Shown one piece after another: positions 1 through 10,094 of a stretch of DNA of 64,000 nt. How positions within the stretch are numbered: position 1 is the first letter of the stretch; each line of letters opens with the position of its first letter. The stretch spans positions 1,536,001 through 1,600,000 of the forward strand of contig OY759726.1 of NCBI GenBank assembly GCA_963662625.1, read 5' to 3'. A program made the translations under genes and the position numbers. The notes under the pieces are model-generated. The model made no database searches. It was not told where the DNA came from and was given only the letters and a program-made list of their open reading frames with translations. The DNA comes from Nitrosopumilus sp. Lineage in GTDB: Archaea > Thermoproteota > Nitrososphaeria > Nitrososphaerales > Nitrosopumilaceae.

Positions 1-150
1 GCCGCAGGCGCAGGTCAAGACCTGCCCTCGCATACAACATGGTGGCACGGTGCTGTGGATGTTTGCTGGGACGGCGTTTCGCTTGCCTTCCCACAATGGC
101 AACCTCGCGCAAGAACAAGGCATTTATGCCCGCCGGGCCGAACCCACAGC

Positions 151-1173
151 TTGGACGAGGGGGTCCCGGGGGGCCGGGCCTACGAGAGGTTCACGGCGGG
201 CCCGGGCCTCAGCTACTACAGGCCGCGCAGGGCGGTAACCGAGGGGGAGTTCGCGCGCGAGGTGTCGGCGTCGCTGGGCCGCGACCCGAAGTCGATCCCC
301 CCGAAGTTCTTCTACGACAGGAGGGGCTCCGGCCTGTTCGAGCGGATATGCTCCCTGCCCGAGTACTACCCCGCCCGCACGGAGATCTCGCTGCTCGGGG
401 GGCTCGCCGGCGGCCTGCCTGGGCACCTGGACGGGGGGTTCAGGCTGGTGGAGCTCGGCAGCGGCTCGTCCGTGAAGACGAGGCTGCTCATCGACGCGCT
501 GGGCGGGTCCCAGTGGCCGGTCGAGTACTTTCCCATAGACGTCTCCGAGGTGCTCGAGGAGAGCTCGAGGCGCCTCATCGCCGACTATGACGGCCTGAGC
601 ATCACGGGGATAGTCGACACGTACGAGGCGGGCATGGAGTTCCTCGGGAAGCTCGACGACAGGCGGAACCTGGTGGCGTTCCTGGGCTCCAGCTACGGCA
701 ACTTCCTCCCCGCGGACGGCGCGGCGTTCCTCGGGGCGCTGCATTCCGCGATGGGGCCGGGCGACCTGTTCCTCATCGGCCTCGACATGGTCAAGGACGC
801 GGCGGTCCTGGAGGCCGCCTACGACGACCCCCTCGGGGTGACCGCGGAGTTCAACCTCAACGTCCTGTCCAGGATGAACCGGGAGCTCGGGGCCGACTTT
901 GACCTGGGGAGGTTCGAGCACCACTCCACGTACAACGCCGCCGAGCGGCGGATCGAGATGTACGTCCGGTCGCTTGCCGACCAGTCGGTCCGCATCCCCG
1001 CGTGCGGCATGACGGTGCGGCTGGGCCGGGGCGAGCTCATCCACACGGAGTACTCTTACAAGTTCACGCCCGGGCAGGTCCGCTCCGTGCTGCGCGGCGC
1101 CGGGTTCGGGGTGAGGCAGACGTGGCGGGACCGCAGGGGCTACTTTTCCCTGACGCTCGCGTCCAGGGACTAG
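151..1173 (+). CDS. egtD: L-histidine N-alpha-methyltransferase (ergothioneine biosynthesis)
   Basis: PKSIPPKFFYD, LPEYYP.RTE, VELGSGSS.KT, GVTAEFNLN and IHTEYSYKF motifs; in-frame TTG at 151 lies downstream of a TTTAT box (ORF track start 55). Confidence 0.93.
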   Translation: MDEGVPGGRAYERFTAGPGLSYYRPRRAVTEGEFAREVSASLGRDPKSIPPKFFYDRRGSGLFERICSLPEYYPARTEISLLGGLAGGLPGHLDGGFRLVELGSGSSVKTRLLIDALGGSQWPVEYFPIDVSEVLEESSRRLIADYDGLSITGIVDTYEAGMEFLGKLDDRRNLVAFLGSSYGNFLPADGAAFLGALHSAMGPGDLFLIGLDMVKDAAVLEAAYDDPLGVTAEFNLNVLSRMNRELGADFDLGRFEHHSTYNAAERRIEMYVRSLADQSVRIPACGMTVRLGRGELIHTEYSYKFTPGQVRSVLRGAGFGVRQTWRDRRGYFSLTLASRD

Positions 1174-2480
1174 GCGTCCCCGGCGCACCTGAACCCGGCG
1201 ATCATCCACCGCTCGTCCAGCCTGAAGAAGTTCCTGTAGCTCCCGCGTATCGACGCCGAGGGCGTCCCGAACGAGCCGCCCCTCAGGACCTTCTGGCCGG
1301 TGAACCACTTGTCGTTGTACTCGTCGAACCCGGACCTGAACCCGGGGTACCCGGAAAACTCCGACGACGTCCACTCCCAGGCGTCCCCCACCATCTGCTG
1401 GCACCCGTAGTGGCTCGCGCCGCCCGGGTACGACCCGGCGCCGGAGCACGCCCAGAGGTGCGACTCCAGCAGGTTGCACCTTTCCGGCGAGGGCGGCCCG
1501 TCCCCCCACGGGAACAGCGTCTTCCTCTGCCCGCCCTCGTCCCAGCAGGCGGCCTTCTCCCACTCCGCCTCCGTCGGCAGCCTCTTTCCGGCCCACCTGC
1601 AGTACGCGTCGGCCTCGTAGTAGCTGACGTGGCACACCGGCTCGTCGGGGTCGATCCTCCTAGATCCGAGGAAGTCCCTGGTCGTCCACCCGCCCCCGTC
1701 CCTCTCCCAGTACATCGGCGCCTCCCACCCGTTGGCCTTGACCTTCTCCCACCCGTCGGCCAGCCAGTGCCTGTAGGTGCCGTACCCGCCGTCCTCGACG
1801 AACTCCGCGTACTGCCGGTTCGTCACGGGGAACAGGTCGATCTCATAGTCCTCCAGGTAGACCGCGTGCTCGGGGAGCTCGATGTCGTAGCAGAACCCGT
1901 CCCCGCCGTACCCCATGGTGTACAGCCCGCCGCCGATCCTGGCCGACCCTTCCCCGGGCGCGGCCCGCGCCGGCGGATCGCTCCTCCTGGCCGGCCTGTA
2001 CAGGTCGGCGAGCATGTGCTGCAGGTCGTACACCAGCAGCTCCTGGTGCTGGCACTCGTGGTGGACGCCCATCGTGAGGAGCCCCGCGCCCTCGGCGCCC
2101 AGGGAGCCCGAGCCGATCAGCCCCTCGACCCGCCGGCTGACCTCCCCAAAGTACTCGAATATCTGGCCGGCCGTCGGCCTGGTGGCGGCGCCGCGCAGCC
2201 CCTTGTCGTTTGGAACGCCGAACTGCTGGTAGTACGAGTTGAGGTACCGGGAGTACTCCTCGGAGTAGAACTCGTACCCCTCGGCCACCTTGCTCATTAT
2301 CGCCTCGTACACCCAGCTCACGTGGCCGACGTGCCACTTTGGCGGGCTGGCAAACGCCGCAGTCTGGACGCCGAGGTCGTCGGCCTCCAGCGTGCCGACC
2401 ATCTCCAGCGTCCTCGCCCTGGTCTCCCTGAACAGTTCCAGCAGGGCGCCGGCCCGCGCCCCCGCCGCGCCGTCCCTCAG
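1170..2480 (-). CDS. egtB: Ergothioneine biosynthesis sulfoxide synthase (DinB_2 + FGE-sulfatase domains)
   Basis: SPPKWHVGH, HHECQHQELL iron-binding motif, RLPTEAEWEKAA, GDAWEWT, GFRCA; start position uncertain (see findings). Confidence 0.92.
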   Translation of the reverse strand: MRDGAAGARAGALLELFRETRARTLEMVGTLEADDLGVQTAAFASPPKWHVGHVSWVYEAIMSKVAEGYEFYSEEYSRYLNSYYQQFGVPNDKGLRGAATRPTAGQIFEYFGEVSRRVEGLIGSGSLGAEGAGLLTMGVHHECQHQELLVYDLQHMLADLYRPARRSDPPARAAPGEGSARIGGGLYTMGYGGDGFCYDIELPEHAVYLEDYEIDLFPVTNRQYAEFVEDGGYGTYRHWLADGWEKVKANGWEAPMYWERDGGGWTTRDFLGSRRIDPDEPVCHVSYYEADAYCRWAGKRLPTEAEWEKAACWDEGGQRKTLFPWGDGPPSPERCNLLESHLWACSGAGSYPGGASHYGCQQMVGDAWEWTSSEFSGYPGFRSGFDEYNDKWFTGQKVLRGGSFGTPSASIRGSYRNFFRLDERWMIAGFRCAGDA

Positions 2481-2502
2481 CGCGGATCGCCGCCCCCCAT
2501 GC

Positions 2503-3942
2503 TCAGTACCCCCGGGCGAACACCGGGACCGACTCGCTTGCCCCCCCGCAGCGCACGCACCTGGAGGAGGCGTCCTCCGAGCCAAACGGTATGACCCTGA
2601 TGTCCGCCCCCGTGTCCTCCTTGATCCCCTCCTCGCACTCCGTCCTGCCGCACCACGGGGCCGAGACGAACCCGCCGGCAGCCACGGCCTCCTTGAGCTC
2701 CCCGTACCCCGACGCGCTCCTCTCCATGCCGGCGGCGCGCTCCCTGGCGGCCCCCAGCATCGCCCCCTGGATCTCCTCGAGCACCCGCGCCACCCCGCCG
2801 ATCCCGGACAGCGGCACGTCCTCCTTCCCGCCGGTCCTCCTCGCCACGACGGCGCTGCCCCTGGCCACGTCCCTGGGGCCTATCTCCACCCTGACCGGGA
2901 CGCCCCTCATCTCCCAGTCGCTGAACTTGTACCCCGGGGTGAGGCCCTCCCTGGAGTCGACGCGGGCCCTGACGCCCGCCGCCTCCAGCGCGGCCCTCGC
3001 CCCCTCGGCCGCCGAGAGGACGCCCTCCCTCATGCTGCCGTCCCCGTGTATCGGTATTATGACGGCCTGGACGGGGGCGACCCTCGGGGGCAGGACCAGC
3101 CCCCTGTCGTCGCCGTGGACCATTATCATCGCGCCTATGAGCCTCCACGACACCCCCCACGACGTCTGCCACGCAAAGTGCTCCACGTTGTCCCTGTCGG
3201 CGAACTTTACCCCGAACGGGACCGAGAAGTTCTGCCCCAAAAAGTGCGACGTGCCCATCTGCAGCGCCCTGCCGTCGGGCATCACGGACTCCATCGTGGT
3301 GGTGTACACCGCGCCGACGAACTTCTCCTTCTCGCTCTTCCTCCCGACGGTCACCGGCACGGCCAGCTCCGACTCGACCGTGTCCCTGTACGCCTCCATG
3401 ATCCCCGCGACCTCGGCCTCGGCCCCCTCGCGGTCGGCGTGGACGGTGTGCCCCTCCTGCCACAGGAACTCCGACGTCCTCAGGAACGGCTTGGTCCCCT
3501 TGATCTCGGCGCGCAGCGCCGTGTTCCAGAAGTTCATCTTCAGCGGCAGGTCCCTCCAGCTCTGGATCCACTTGGAGTACATCGTGTACGCCAGGGTCTC
3601 GGACGTGGGCCGCAGCGCCAGCCTGTCGCCGATCTCGCCCGTCCCGGAGTGCGTCACCCAGAAGACCTCCGGGTTGAACCCCTCGAAGTGGCTCTGCTCC
3701 TTGCCGAGAAGCGACTCGGGTATCAGCACCGGGAGGAACCCGTTCCTGACCCCCCGCCTGGCGAGCCTGGCGTCGAGCGCGGCCCTCAGCGACTCCCATA
3801 CGGCGTACCCGTCGGGCCTCAGCACCATCATGCCCTTGACGGGGGCGTAGTCTGCCAGCTCCGCCTTGAGGACCACCTGCGTGTACCACCCGCTAAAGTC
3901 GCCCTCCTTGGAGGCCGTGACGCCGGCCGCTTCCCTGTTCAA
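2503..3942 (-). CDS. proS: Proline--tRNA ligase (archaeal/eukaryotic type)
   Basis: DFSGWY, LRPTSET, FLRTSEFLWQEGHT, QTSWGVSWRLIGA, C-terminal ARGY; TTG start at 3942 inferred. Confidence 0.97.
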   Translation of the reverse strand: MNREAAGVTASKEGDFSGWYTQVVLKAELADYAPVKGMMVLRPDGYAVWESLRAALDARLARRGVRNGFLPVLIPESLLGKEQSHFEGFNPEVFWVTHSGTGEIGDRLALRPTSETLAYTMYSKWIQSWRDLPLKMNFWNTALRAEIKGTKPFLRTSEFLWQEGHTVHADREGAEAEVAGIMEAYRDTVESELAVPVTVGRKSEKEKFVGAVYTTTMESVMPDGRALQMGTSHFLGQNFSVPFGVKFADRDNVEHFAWQTSWGVSWRLIGAMIMVHGDDRGLVLPPRVAPVQAVIIPIHGDGSMREGVLSAAEGARAALEAAGVRARVDSREGLTPGYKFSDWEMRGVPVRVEIGPRDVARGSAVVARRTGGKEDVPLSGIGGVARVLEEIQGAMLGAARERAAGMERSASGYGELKEAVAAGGFVSAPWCGRTECEEGIKEDTGADIRVIPFGSEDASSRCVRCGGASESVPVFARGY

Positions 3943-3996
3943 ACTGGTATCACGACGCGCGGTCAACTAATGAGCCTTTCGTGTGGGGCCTGCCGC

Positions 3997-4284
3997 TCAC
4001 CCCAGCGGGTCGCCCTTGCAGAGGACCTTCCCGGTCACCCTGCTCTGGAAGTTGGAGCAGACGAAGCACTTTATGAACTGCGTCTCCTCGCCCAGCACCG
4101 GGCAGTCCACGAACTCCTGCTTCATCCTCTTGAGCATCTTGGGGCTGACGCCCTTCAGCTTTATCTTCCCCTTGTCGTCCATCATGCCGGCCGCCTTCAG
4201 CTCGTCCTTGATGTCAGCGGGCAGCCTCTGCCTCTTCTCGGTGGCCACCACGTCGACCTCGAACTTGTATTCAAGCTCGCCCAT
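3997..4284 (-). CDS. Conserved hypothetical protein with Cys motif (CPV..FIKCFVC..C)
   Basis: 95-aa ORF with coding-like codon usage and putative Zn ligands. Confidence 0.8.
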   Translation of the reverse strand: MGELEYKFEVDVVATEKRQRLPADIKDELKAAGMMDDKGKIKLKGVSPKMLKRMKQEFVDCPVLGEETQFIKCFVCSNFQSRVTGKVLCKGDPLG

Positions 4285-4377
4285 GCATGTGCCACGATCC
4301 CCCGTGATTTATTGCTAACGCTTGCGGCCCCGTGATACTTTAATATAATTCGCGCATTTCTGCAGATCAGAAAGCTG

Positions 4378-5010
4378 TTGCTGGTAATTTTTGACGTGGA
4401 GGGGGTCCTTTACGACGCCGAGTACCTCCCGATCCTCGCCGAGAGGGTGAACAGGGAGGACGAGATATGGGAGATCACCAAGAAGGGGATCCAGGGGGCC
4501 ATCGACTGGAAGGAGGGCCTGGAGACCCGGGTCGGCCTCCTCAGGGGCCTCGACTACGAGACGTGCCGGGACGTGGCGGACTCGCTCCCCGTAATGACCG
4601 GCGCCAGGGAGGCCTGCCGCAGGCTCAAGGCGGCGGGGTGGAGGCTCATGGCGATCTCCGGCGGCTTCACGATAATGACCGACAGGCTCAGGCGGGAGCT
4701 CTCGCTCGACCACGTCTTCTCCAACGAGCTGGTCTTCCGGGACGGGAGGCTGGACGGCGTGAGGGTCAGCGTCGACTCGGACAAGGCCCGGTCGGCCAGG
4801 GCGAAGATCGAGGAGTGGGGCGAGAGGCGCGAGGACATAGTGTGCGTGGTGGACGGCGCCAACGACGTGAAGCTCTTCGACGTCTGCGGCCTGGGCATAG
4901 CGTACAGGGCGCAGGACCTGGTGAGGGACAGGGCCACGGCCACGCTGGAGACCAAGGACCTCTCCATGGTGCTCGGGATAATATCTGACCACTACGGGCT
5001 GGACCTGTGA
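4378..5010 (+). CDS. serB: Phosphoserine phosphatase (HAD family)
   Basis: IFDVEGVL motif I, SGGF, DGAND; TATA box TTTAATATA upstream. Confidence 0.9.
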   Translation: MLVIFDVEGVLYDAEYLPILAERVNREDEIWEITKKGIQGAIDWKEGLETRVGLLRGLDYETCRDVADSLPVMTGAREACRRLKAAGWRLMAISGGFTIMTDRLRRELSLDHVFSNELVFRDGRLDGVRVSVDSDKARSARAKIEEWGERREDIVCVVDGANDVKLFDVCGLGIAYRAQDLVRDRATATLETKDLSMVLGIISDHYGLDL

Positions 5011-5060
5011 CCGGCCGGCGCGCGCAACCCATTTTAGTCCCAGGCGCCGACGTACGTTGC

Positions 5061-5786
5061 TTGCAGGTGATCCCGGTTGCGGTTGGAAAGGAGATAGGCC
5101 CCTCGGACGACCTCGCCGGGCTGGTGGCCTCGTCGGCGCGGGTCGAGGACGGCGACGTGCTGGTGGTGGCGCAGAAGGCGGTGTCCAAGGCGGAGGGCAG
5201 GACAGTCGACCTGTCGTCCGTGGAGCCGTCGCTGCTGGCCGAGGGGATCGCCGCCCAGTACGGCAAGGACCCGAGGGTCGTGGAGCTGGTGCTGTCAGAG
5301 TCCGGCAGGATAGTCCGGATGCGCGACGGCGTGCTGATAGTGGAGACGCGCGGGGGGATCGTCTGCGCCAACGCGGGGATCGACGAGAGCAACGTCGCGG
5401 GGGGCCACGCCACGCTGCTCCCCGAGGACCCCGACGCGTCGGCCCGGGGGATCCGGCGCGGCGTGCTGGAGAGGACCGGCATGGACGCGGCCGTGATCGT
5501 GTCGGACACCTTCGGCCGGGCGTTCCGGTCGGGGCAGACCAACTGCGCGATCGGCGTGTCGGGGATGGAGCCCGTCCTCGACTACTCGGGGACGCGCGAC
5601 GCGTTCGGCAGGATCCTGCGCGTGACGGCCATCGCGGTGGCCGACGAGCTCGCGTCGGCGGCCGAGCTGGTCATGCAGAAGACCCTGGGGTGCCCGGCGG
5701 CGCTGGTCCGGGGGTACCGGTACGGCGCCGGCGACGGCACGGCGGCCGGGCTGCTGCGGCCCAGGGGCGAGGACCTCTTCAGGTAG
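5061..5786 (+). CDS. cofE: Coenzyme F420-0:L-glutamate ligase
   Basis: QKAVSKAEGR, CANAGIDESN, DTFGRAFR.G, AVADELASAA. Confidence 0.95.
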   Translation: MQVIPVAVGKEIGPSDDLAGLVASSARVEDGDVLVVAQKAVSKAEGRTVDLSSVEPSLLAEGIAAQYGKDPRVVELVLSESGRIVRMRDGVLIVETRGGIVCANAGIDESNVAGGHATLLPEDPDASARGIRRGVLERTGMDAAVIVSDTFGRAFRSGQTNCAIGVSGMEPVLDYSGTRDAFGRILRVTAIAVADELASAAELVMQKTLGCPAALVRGYRYGAGDGTAAGLLRPRGEDLFR

Positions 5787-5836
5787 CCGGGCCCGGCTTC
5801 AATAGGATTATATCCGCAGGGGGCCCCCCCTTGGAA

Positions 5837-6751
5837 ATGCGCGTCAGGACGGAGCTGCACTGCCACAACTCGTTCTCGAACTTCCACGTGGGCGATGGCG
5901 AGCCGCCGTACGACTGCGGCGTCCCCGTGAGGGACCAGCTGGAGCGCTCCCGCCTGCTGGGGCTCGACGCCATATTCGTGACCAACCACAACACGCTCGA
6001 CGGGTACGCCCAGCTGCTCGAGTGCCAGAGGGACCACGAGAAGTTCGCCGGGATCGGCGTGTACCCGGCCGAGGAGATCACCACGGACGCGGGCGCGCAC
6101 GTCCTGGCGTACGGGATACGCGAGGCGATCCGGCCGGGGCTGCAGCTCGGGGAGGTGATCGACGAGGTCAGGGCGCAGGGGGGCGTCTCGTCGGCGCCGC
6201 ACCCGTTCAGCCTGCTCGACGCGCTCCGCGACCAGGCGAGGCACTGCGACATGGTCGAGGTGTTCAACAGCAACAACGTCGACGTGCTCTCCAACGCGCG
6301 CGCGGCCCACTTTGCCATGGAGAACGGCATGACCCAGGTGGCCGGCAGCGACTCGCACGTCCTCTCGACCCTGGGCAGGTGCGTCAACGTGATAGAGTCG
6401 GAGGGCGGCCTGGACGGCATCCTGGACTCCATGAGGCGCGGGAGGGTCACGATCTCGCAGACCGGCTACGCGCTGCAGGGCGAGACGCTCGAGCACCTGA
6501 GGTACAAGATAAACAACTCGAGGGAGTACCTCGCCGAGTACATGGCCGAGCACTACCCCAACGCCAGGTGGCTCCTGACGCTGCTGCTGCGCATCTACGA
6601 CATGAACCAGGACAGCCACCTGTGGGGCCTGTTCTACAGGGTCGCGGTCTACCTGATGCGGAGGATATCCCGCAAGATAAACTTCCAGGACCAGGACCCG
6701 GGGTTCATGAGGGACCGCGACCTCTGCACGATGTTCAGGATGGCGATGTAG
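5837..6751 (+). CDS. PHP-domain metal-dependent phosphoesterase
   Basis: ELHCHN, TNHN, AEEI, HPF, GSDSH motifs. Confidence 0.9.
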   Translation: MRVRTELHCHNSFSNFHVGDGEPPYDCGVPVRDQLERSRLLGLDAIFVTNHNTLDGYAQLLECQRDHEKFAGIGVYPAEEITTDAGAHVLAYGIREAIRPGLQLGEVIDEVRAQGGVSSAPHPFSLLDALRDQARHCDMVEVFNSNNVDVLSNARAAHFAMENGMTQVAGSDSHVLSTLGRCVNVIESEGGLDGILDSMRRGRVTISQTGYALQGETLEHLRYKINNSREYLAEYMAEHYPNARWLLTLLLRIYDMNQDSHLWGLFYRVAVYLMRRISRKINFQDQDPGFMRDRDLCTMFRMAM

Positions 6752-6951
6752 GGCCGCGCGGGCACGATGCGCGCGTCCGGCCAGGACGCCGATCAGCCAC
6801 GTGCTTCCGGAAACGGGCAGAATTGCACGAGAATAACCGATAGAACGTACGGGAGGGGCGCACAGCGAGAGTTTGGTCCGGGTCGGGTGGCACTTTCAGG
6901 GCTGGCCAGCCGATGGGACTTGTTTCGTTTGGAAAGCACACGGGTTCCGGT

Positions 6952-7218
6952 TTACTTTCTTTTTAGAATTTTTTTCGCGATCAGTTTTTTCTTGGGATTG
7001 ACCTTGACCTTGTAGACTATGGTGTAGTTGGTTAGGTTGACGTTGTTCCTCATGCTCATTTCGTGCACCGACATGCCTGATTTCTCCAGTTTCTCTAGGT
7101 TCTTGGCCGTCACCTTGATGTTTTGGGCCACGCGTTTGTAAGTGACATGATCCTCTGTCTCTTTGATGTACTCCATTTGTTCGTTAAAAAGTTTGGAAAG
7201 GGAAACCTGAAAACTCAC
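6952..7218 (-). CDS. Small basic protein, RelE/ParE-toxin-like (tentative)
   Basis: AT-rich 88-aa ORF; C-terminal NYTIVYKV...LIAKKILKRK resembles the RelE YRIIY...ILxIxHRK end. Confidence 0.5.
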   Translation of the reverse strand: MSFQVSLSKLFNEQMEYIKETEDHVTYKRVAQNIKVTAKNLEKLEKSGMSVHEMSMRNNVNLTNYTIVYKVKVNPKKKLIAKKILKRK

Positions 7219-7335
7219 TTACAGTCTCTTCAGGATTGCTTTCACTGCCTTATCAGCGTTTTGATAGGTGCAGGCAATCTCGTCTTCCCCTTTTTGGTAT
7301 CTGCCTAATCCTGTTCTCGCCACTGTTATAGCCAT
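7219..7335 (-). CDS. 38-aa ORF directly upstream of the RelE-like gene (possible antitoxin)
   Basis: MAITVARTGLGRYQKGEDEIACTYQNADKAVKAILKRL; its TAA abuts the GTG of the next ORF. Confidence 0.35.
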   Translation of the reverse strand: MAITVARTGLGRYQKGEDEIACTYQNADKAVKAILKRL

Positions 7336-7449
7336 GGTTACCTTCGCACATGTTGTTATTTATTCTTTAAGTTTGATGCCATTTTGCACCTGTTCTGGAA
7401 TTCTCACTTTCCAGCGCCGCAATTCCATCATGCTGCCTGCCCCGCTTGG

Positions 7450-7597
7450 TAGCCACCACGGCCAGATCCTTGCGCAGGACTACGGCCTCGGAATCGGCCA
7501 GTATTTGGCCTGGATGTGGCTGGCTCAAGGCACGCCGATCGAGATCTATGGATTACCATATAAATTCGATTAGGCGTGGACCTAGAATGCGCATACT
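7450..7597 (-). mobile_element. Diverged left-end fragment of the GTACA-ended IS family
   Basis: Shares GCGCAGGACyryGGCCTCGGAA and upstream sequence with 36120-36346 and 42700-42922. Confidence 0.5.
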
Positions 7598-7734
7598 GTA
7601 TGCTAGTTTGCACAATCTGCCTAGATCCGTCTTTATGGGGTTGTTTTTCGCGCCTAAAAACCGAGTTACGCAACAAGCTACGCCGTCCGAATAGGTTATA
7701 ACGCGCCGGGCCGGGATCCAGCACGGTAGGGAAA

Positions 7735-7971
7735 TTGTCGGAACCTGATCAGAAGGTATTGGACGCCACCGGGCTGTTCTGCCCGGAGCCGGTGTTCAGG
7801 ACGAAGATCGAGATCGAGAGGATGCAGGCAGGCCAGGTCCTCGCCGTGTCGGCAGACGATCCCGCGGCCGAGGAGGACATCTCCAGGTGGGTCACGCGGA
7901 GCGGCCACGAGCTGCTGGGCACGGAGAAGGACGGCGCCAGGGTCACGCTTCGCATCAGGAAGGTAAAGTAG
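7735..7971 (+). CDS. tusA: Sulfurtransferase TusA/SirA family protein
   Basis: LDATGLFCPEP and DDPAAEEDI motifs. Confidence 0.92.
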   Translation: MSEPDQKVLDATGLFCPEPVFRTKIEIERMQAGQVLAVSADDPAAEEDISRWVTRSGHELLGTEKDGARVTLRIRKVK

Positions 7972-7983
7972 CCGCCGCGCCGG

Positions 7984-8466
7984 CTAGCCGGAGCCGCCCC
8001 CGTCTCCCAGGGCGCCCCTCAGGCGGCTGTCGTAAAACCCCCTGAACGCCTCGCTCATCGCCTTTTCGTGCCCCAGGCACCTGTTGCTGCAGTCGATGAC
8101 CGCCTCCCTGGCGTCCTTGCTCCACCTGCTCTGCTGCCTGTCCCTTGGCTCCATGACGGTGGGGTTCTGCCTGATCCTCTCGAGGGCCTCCATCTGCTCC
8201 TTTCTCAGCCGGTGGAACTTGCCCAGCATCAGCAGGAACGTCCCGGCCTGCCCCGGGTCGACGAGCCTCATCAGCAGGTGCGCCTGCTCGTAGTACTCCT
8301 GGCTCTTCCCAAAGTACTCCCTGTGCTCCGCCAGGCGCCCCTCCCAGTACCCCGGATCGGTGTCCTTCTTGACCTCGTACGAGAACCCCATCCTTGCGAT
8401 GTCCTCCCCGAGCCCCGCCAGCGCCCTCGCGTGCTGCCTGACCACTTCCGTCCCGCCGTCGGCCAC
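7984..8466 (-). CDS. Hypothetical protein
   Basis: 160-aa helical ORF with host codon usage. Confidence 0.75.
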   Translation of the reverse strand: MADGGTEVVRQHARALAGLGEDIARMGFSYEVKKDTDPGYWEGRLAEHREYFGKSQEYYEQAHLLMRLVDPGQAGTFLLMLGKFHRLRKEQMEALERIRQNPTVMEPRDRQQSRWSKDAREAVIDCSNRCLGHEKAMSEAFRGFYDSRLRGALGDGGGSG

Positions 8467-8499
8467 CCCTTCGCTGCGGCGCCGCGTTCTTAAAACGTT

Positions 8500-8766
8500 T
8501 TACGCCCCGCGCCCGGCCGGCAGCGAGTAGTCCCTCAGCCGGTTGTAGTGGGTCCTCAGAAAGTCCATTATCCTCCTGTCCTCGTCCCTCCCGGCACTCG
8601 AGCCGTTCGCCAGTATGCTGAGGTACTTCAGGTCGGACTCCAGCCGGTGCAGCGACTGCTCGATGCCGTCCAGCCGCCCGGCCCCGATGCGCCGGTCGAG
8701 CTCCTCCTCCGCCCGCGCGATGTCGCTCTCCAGGTCGGCGATCTTCTGGCGGGTCCTGTCCTGCAT
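8500..8766 (-). CDS. Hypothetical coiled-coil protein
   Basis: MQDRTRQKIADLE... 88 aa; ATG at 8766. Confidence 0.7.
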   Translation of the reverse strand: MQDRTRQKIADLESDIARAEEELDRRIGAGRLDGIEQSLHRLESDLKYLSILANGSSAGRDEDRRIMDFLRTHYNRLRDYSLPAGRGA

Positions 8767-9064
8767 GGCTTGCGTCCCGCGCCGTCCAAGATAATCTTGT
8801 CCCGGGCGCCCCTTTACACCCGTTGAGGATCGGCCGGGTTTTCTGGACAACCCTGAGCCGGCAACCGACGCGCGTTCATGCGGCCACGTCCGGCATCCGC
8901 CGCCATGGCCCGCGCCGGCACCCTCCCGGGCCACCGCGCCTCGTGCAAGCCCGGCGGCTCCCCCCCCGGGTCCGCCCGCGCAGCCCGCGCACGCCGTCCC
9001 GACTTGCCGTAACGGCCAGAACCCGCCACGCCAACCAGCACTCTATGGCGCCACAGGGCCCACC

Positions 9065-9967
9065 ATGCCTGTGCTGCCCAAATACTGGCAACTCATGGTG
9101 CCGGTCTTGAGAATCTGCGCAAGCAGGCAAGAATGCCATCGACGCGAACTGCCGGGCATCCTCGCAGATCAATTCGGGCTGACAGACGAGGAACGCGGCC
9201 AGCTCAAACCCAGCGGAGGCCAGACATTGCTTGACAACAGGATCGGCTGGGCCGTATTCTACATGAAAAAGGCGGGCCTCGTGCGCAGCGAGAAGGGGGC
9301 CGTCTCCATAACCGACGAGGGTAGGAAGACGCTGGAAGAAAACCCGGAAGGCATTGACAGGAAATACCTGATGACAGTCCCCCGGTACCGGGAGTACCAC
9401 GACAGCATGACGGGTAGGCGGGGAAAGCGCGCGGACGACGAGGGTGCCGAGATTTCAGAACAGACGCCTGAGGACATGCTCCGGTCCGGCCACGGGATGA
9501 TCAGGCGAACCGTCGAAAGCGAACTGCTGGAGAAAATCAAGAAAAACACGCCCAGCTTCTTTGAGACGCTGGTGCTGGAATTGATCAGAAAGATGGGGTA
9601 CGGGATTGACCACAGGGTGCTGGGCAGAACCCGCGACGGCGGGATCGACGGGGTCATCCGGGAGGACAGGCTCGGCTTCAACGAGATTTACTTTCAGGCA
9701 AAAAGATGGGATTCCACCGTCCCGATTCACCAAGTAAGGGACTTCGCGGGGGCTTTGCTGAGCAAAAAGTCCAAGAAGGGGATATTCATCACGTCGTCTG
9801 ACTTCTCAAAGGACGCGTACGAGTTCGTGAAAACTATCGACTCGAAGATCATCCTAGTCAACGGGGACAAGCTTGCCGAGTACATGTATGAATGCGATCT
9901 GGGGGTCAGCGTGGAGGACGCCTTTGAGATAAAGAAGGTCGACGAGGATTACTTCTCAGACGGCTGA
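9065..9967 (+). CDS. mrr: Mrr-family type IV restriction endonuclease
   Basis: Mrr_N (NRIGWA..YMKKAGL) plus catalytic DGGIDG...QAKRW...KGIFIT; lower GC than flanks. Confidence 0.93.
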   Translation: MPVLPKYWQLMVPVLRICASRQECHRRELPGILADQFGLTDEERGQLKPSGGQTLLDNRIGWAVFYMKKAGLVRSEKGAVSITDEGRKTLEENPEGIDRKYLMTVPRYREYHDSMTGRRGKRADDEGAEISEQTPEDMLRSGHGMIRRTVESELLEKIKKNTPSFFETLVLELIRKMGYGIDHRVLGRTRDGGIDGVIREDRLGFNEIYFQAKRWDSTVPIHQVRDFAGALLSKKSKKGIFITSSDFSKDAYEFVKTIDSKIILVNGDKLAEYMYECDLGVSVEDAFEIKKVDEDYFSDG

Positions 9968-10094
9968 CGCAAAGCGGGACTGGCCATCTCCCCGGCGTTC
10001 GGGGCACGCGCCCGGCGCCAGCGCCCCCGGGCTCCGGCCGCCCGCCATCGGGCAGCGGGCCCGGAACGCGCGCCGGGGCCGCGGCGCGCGCGGA

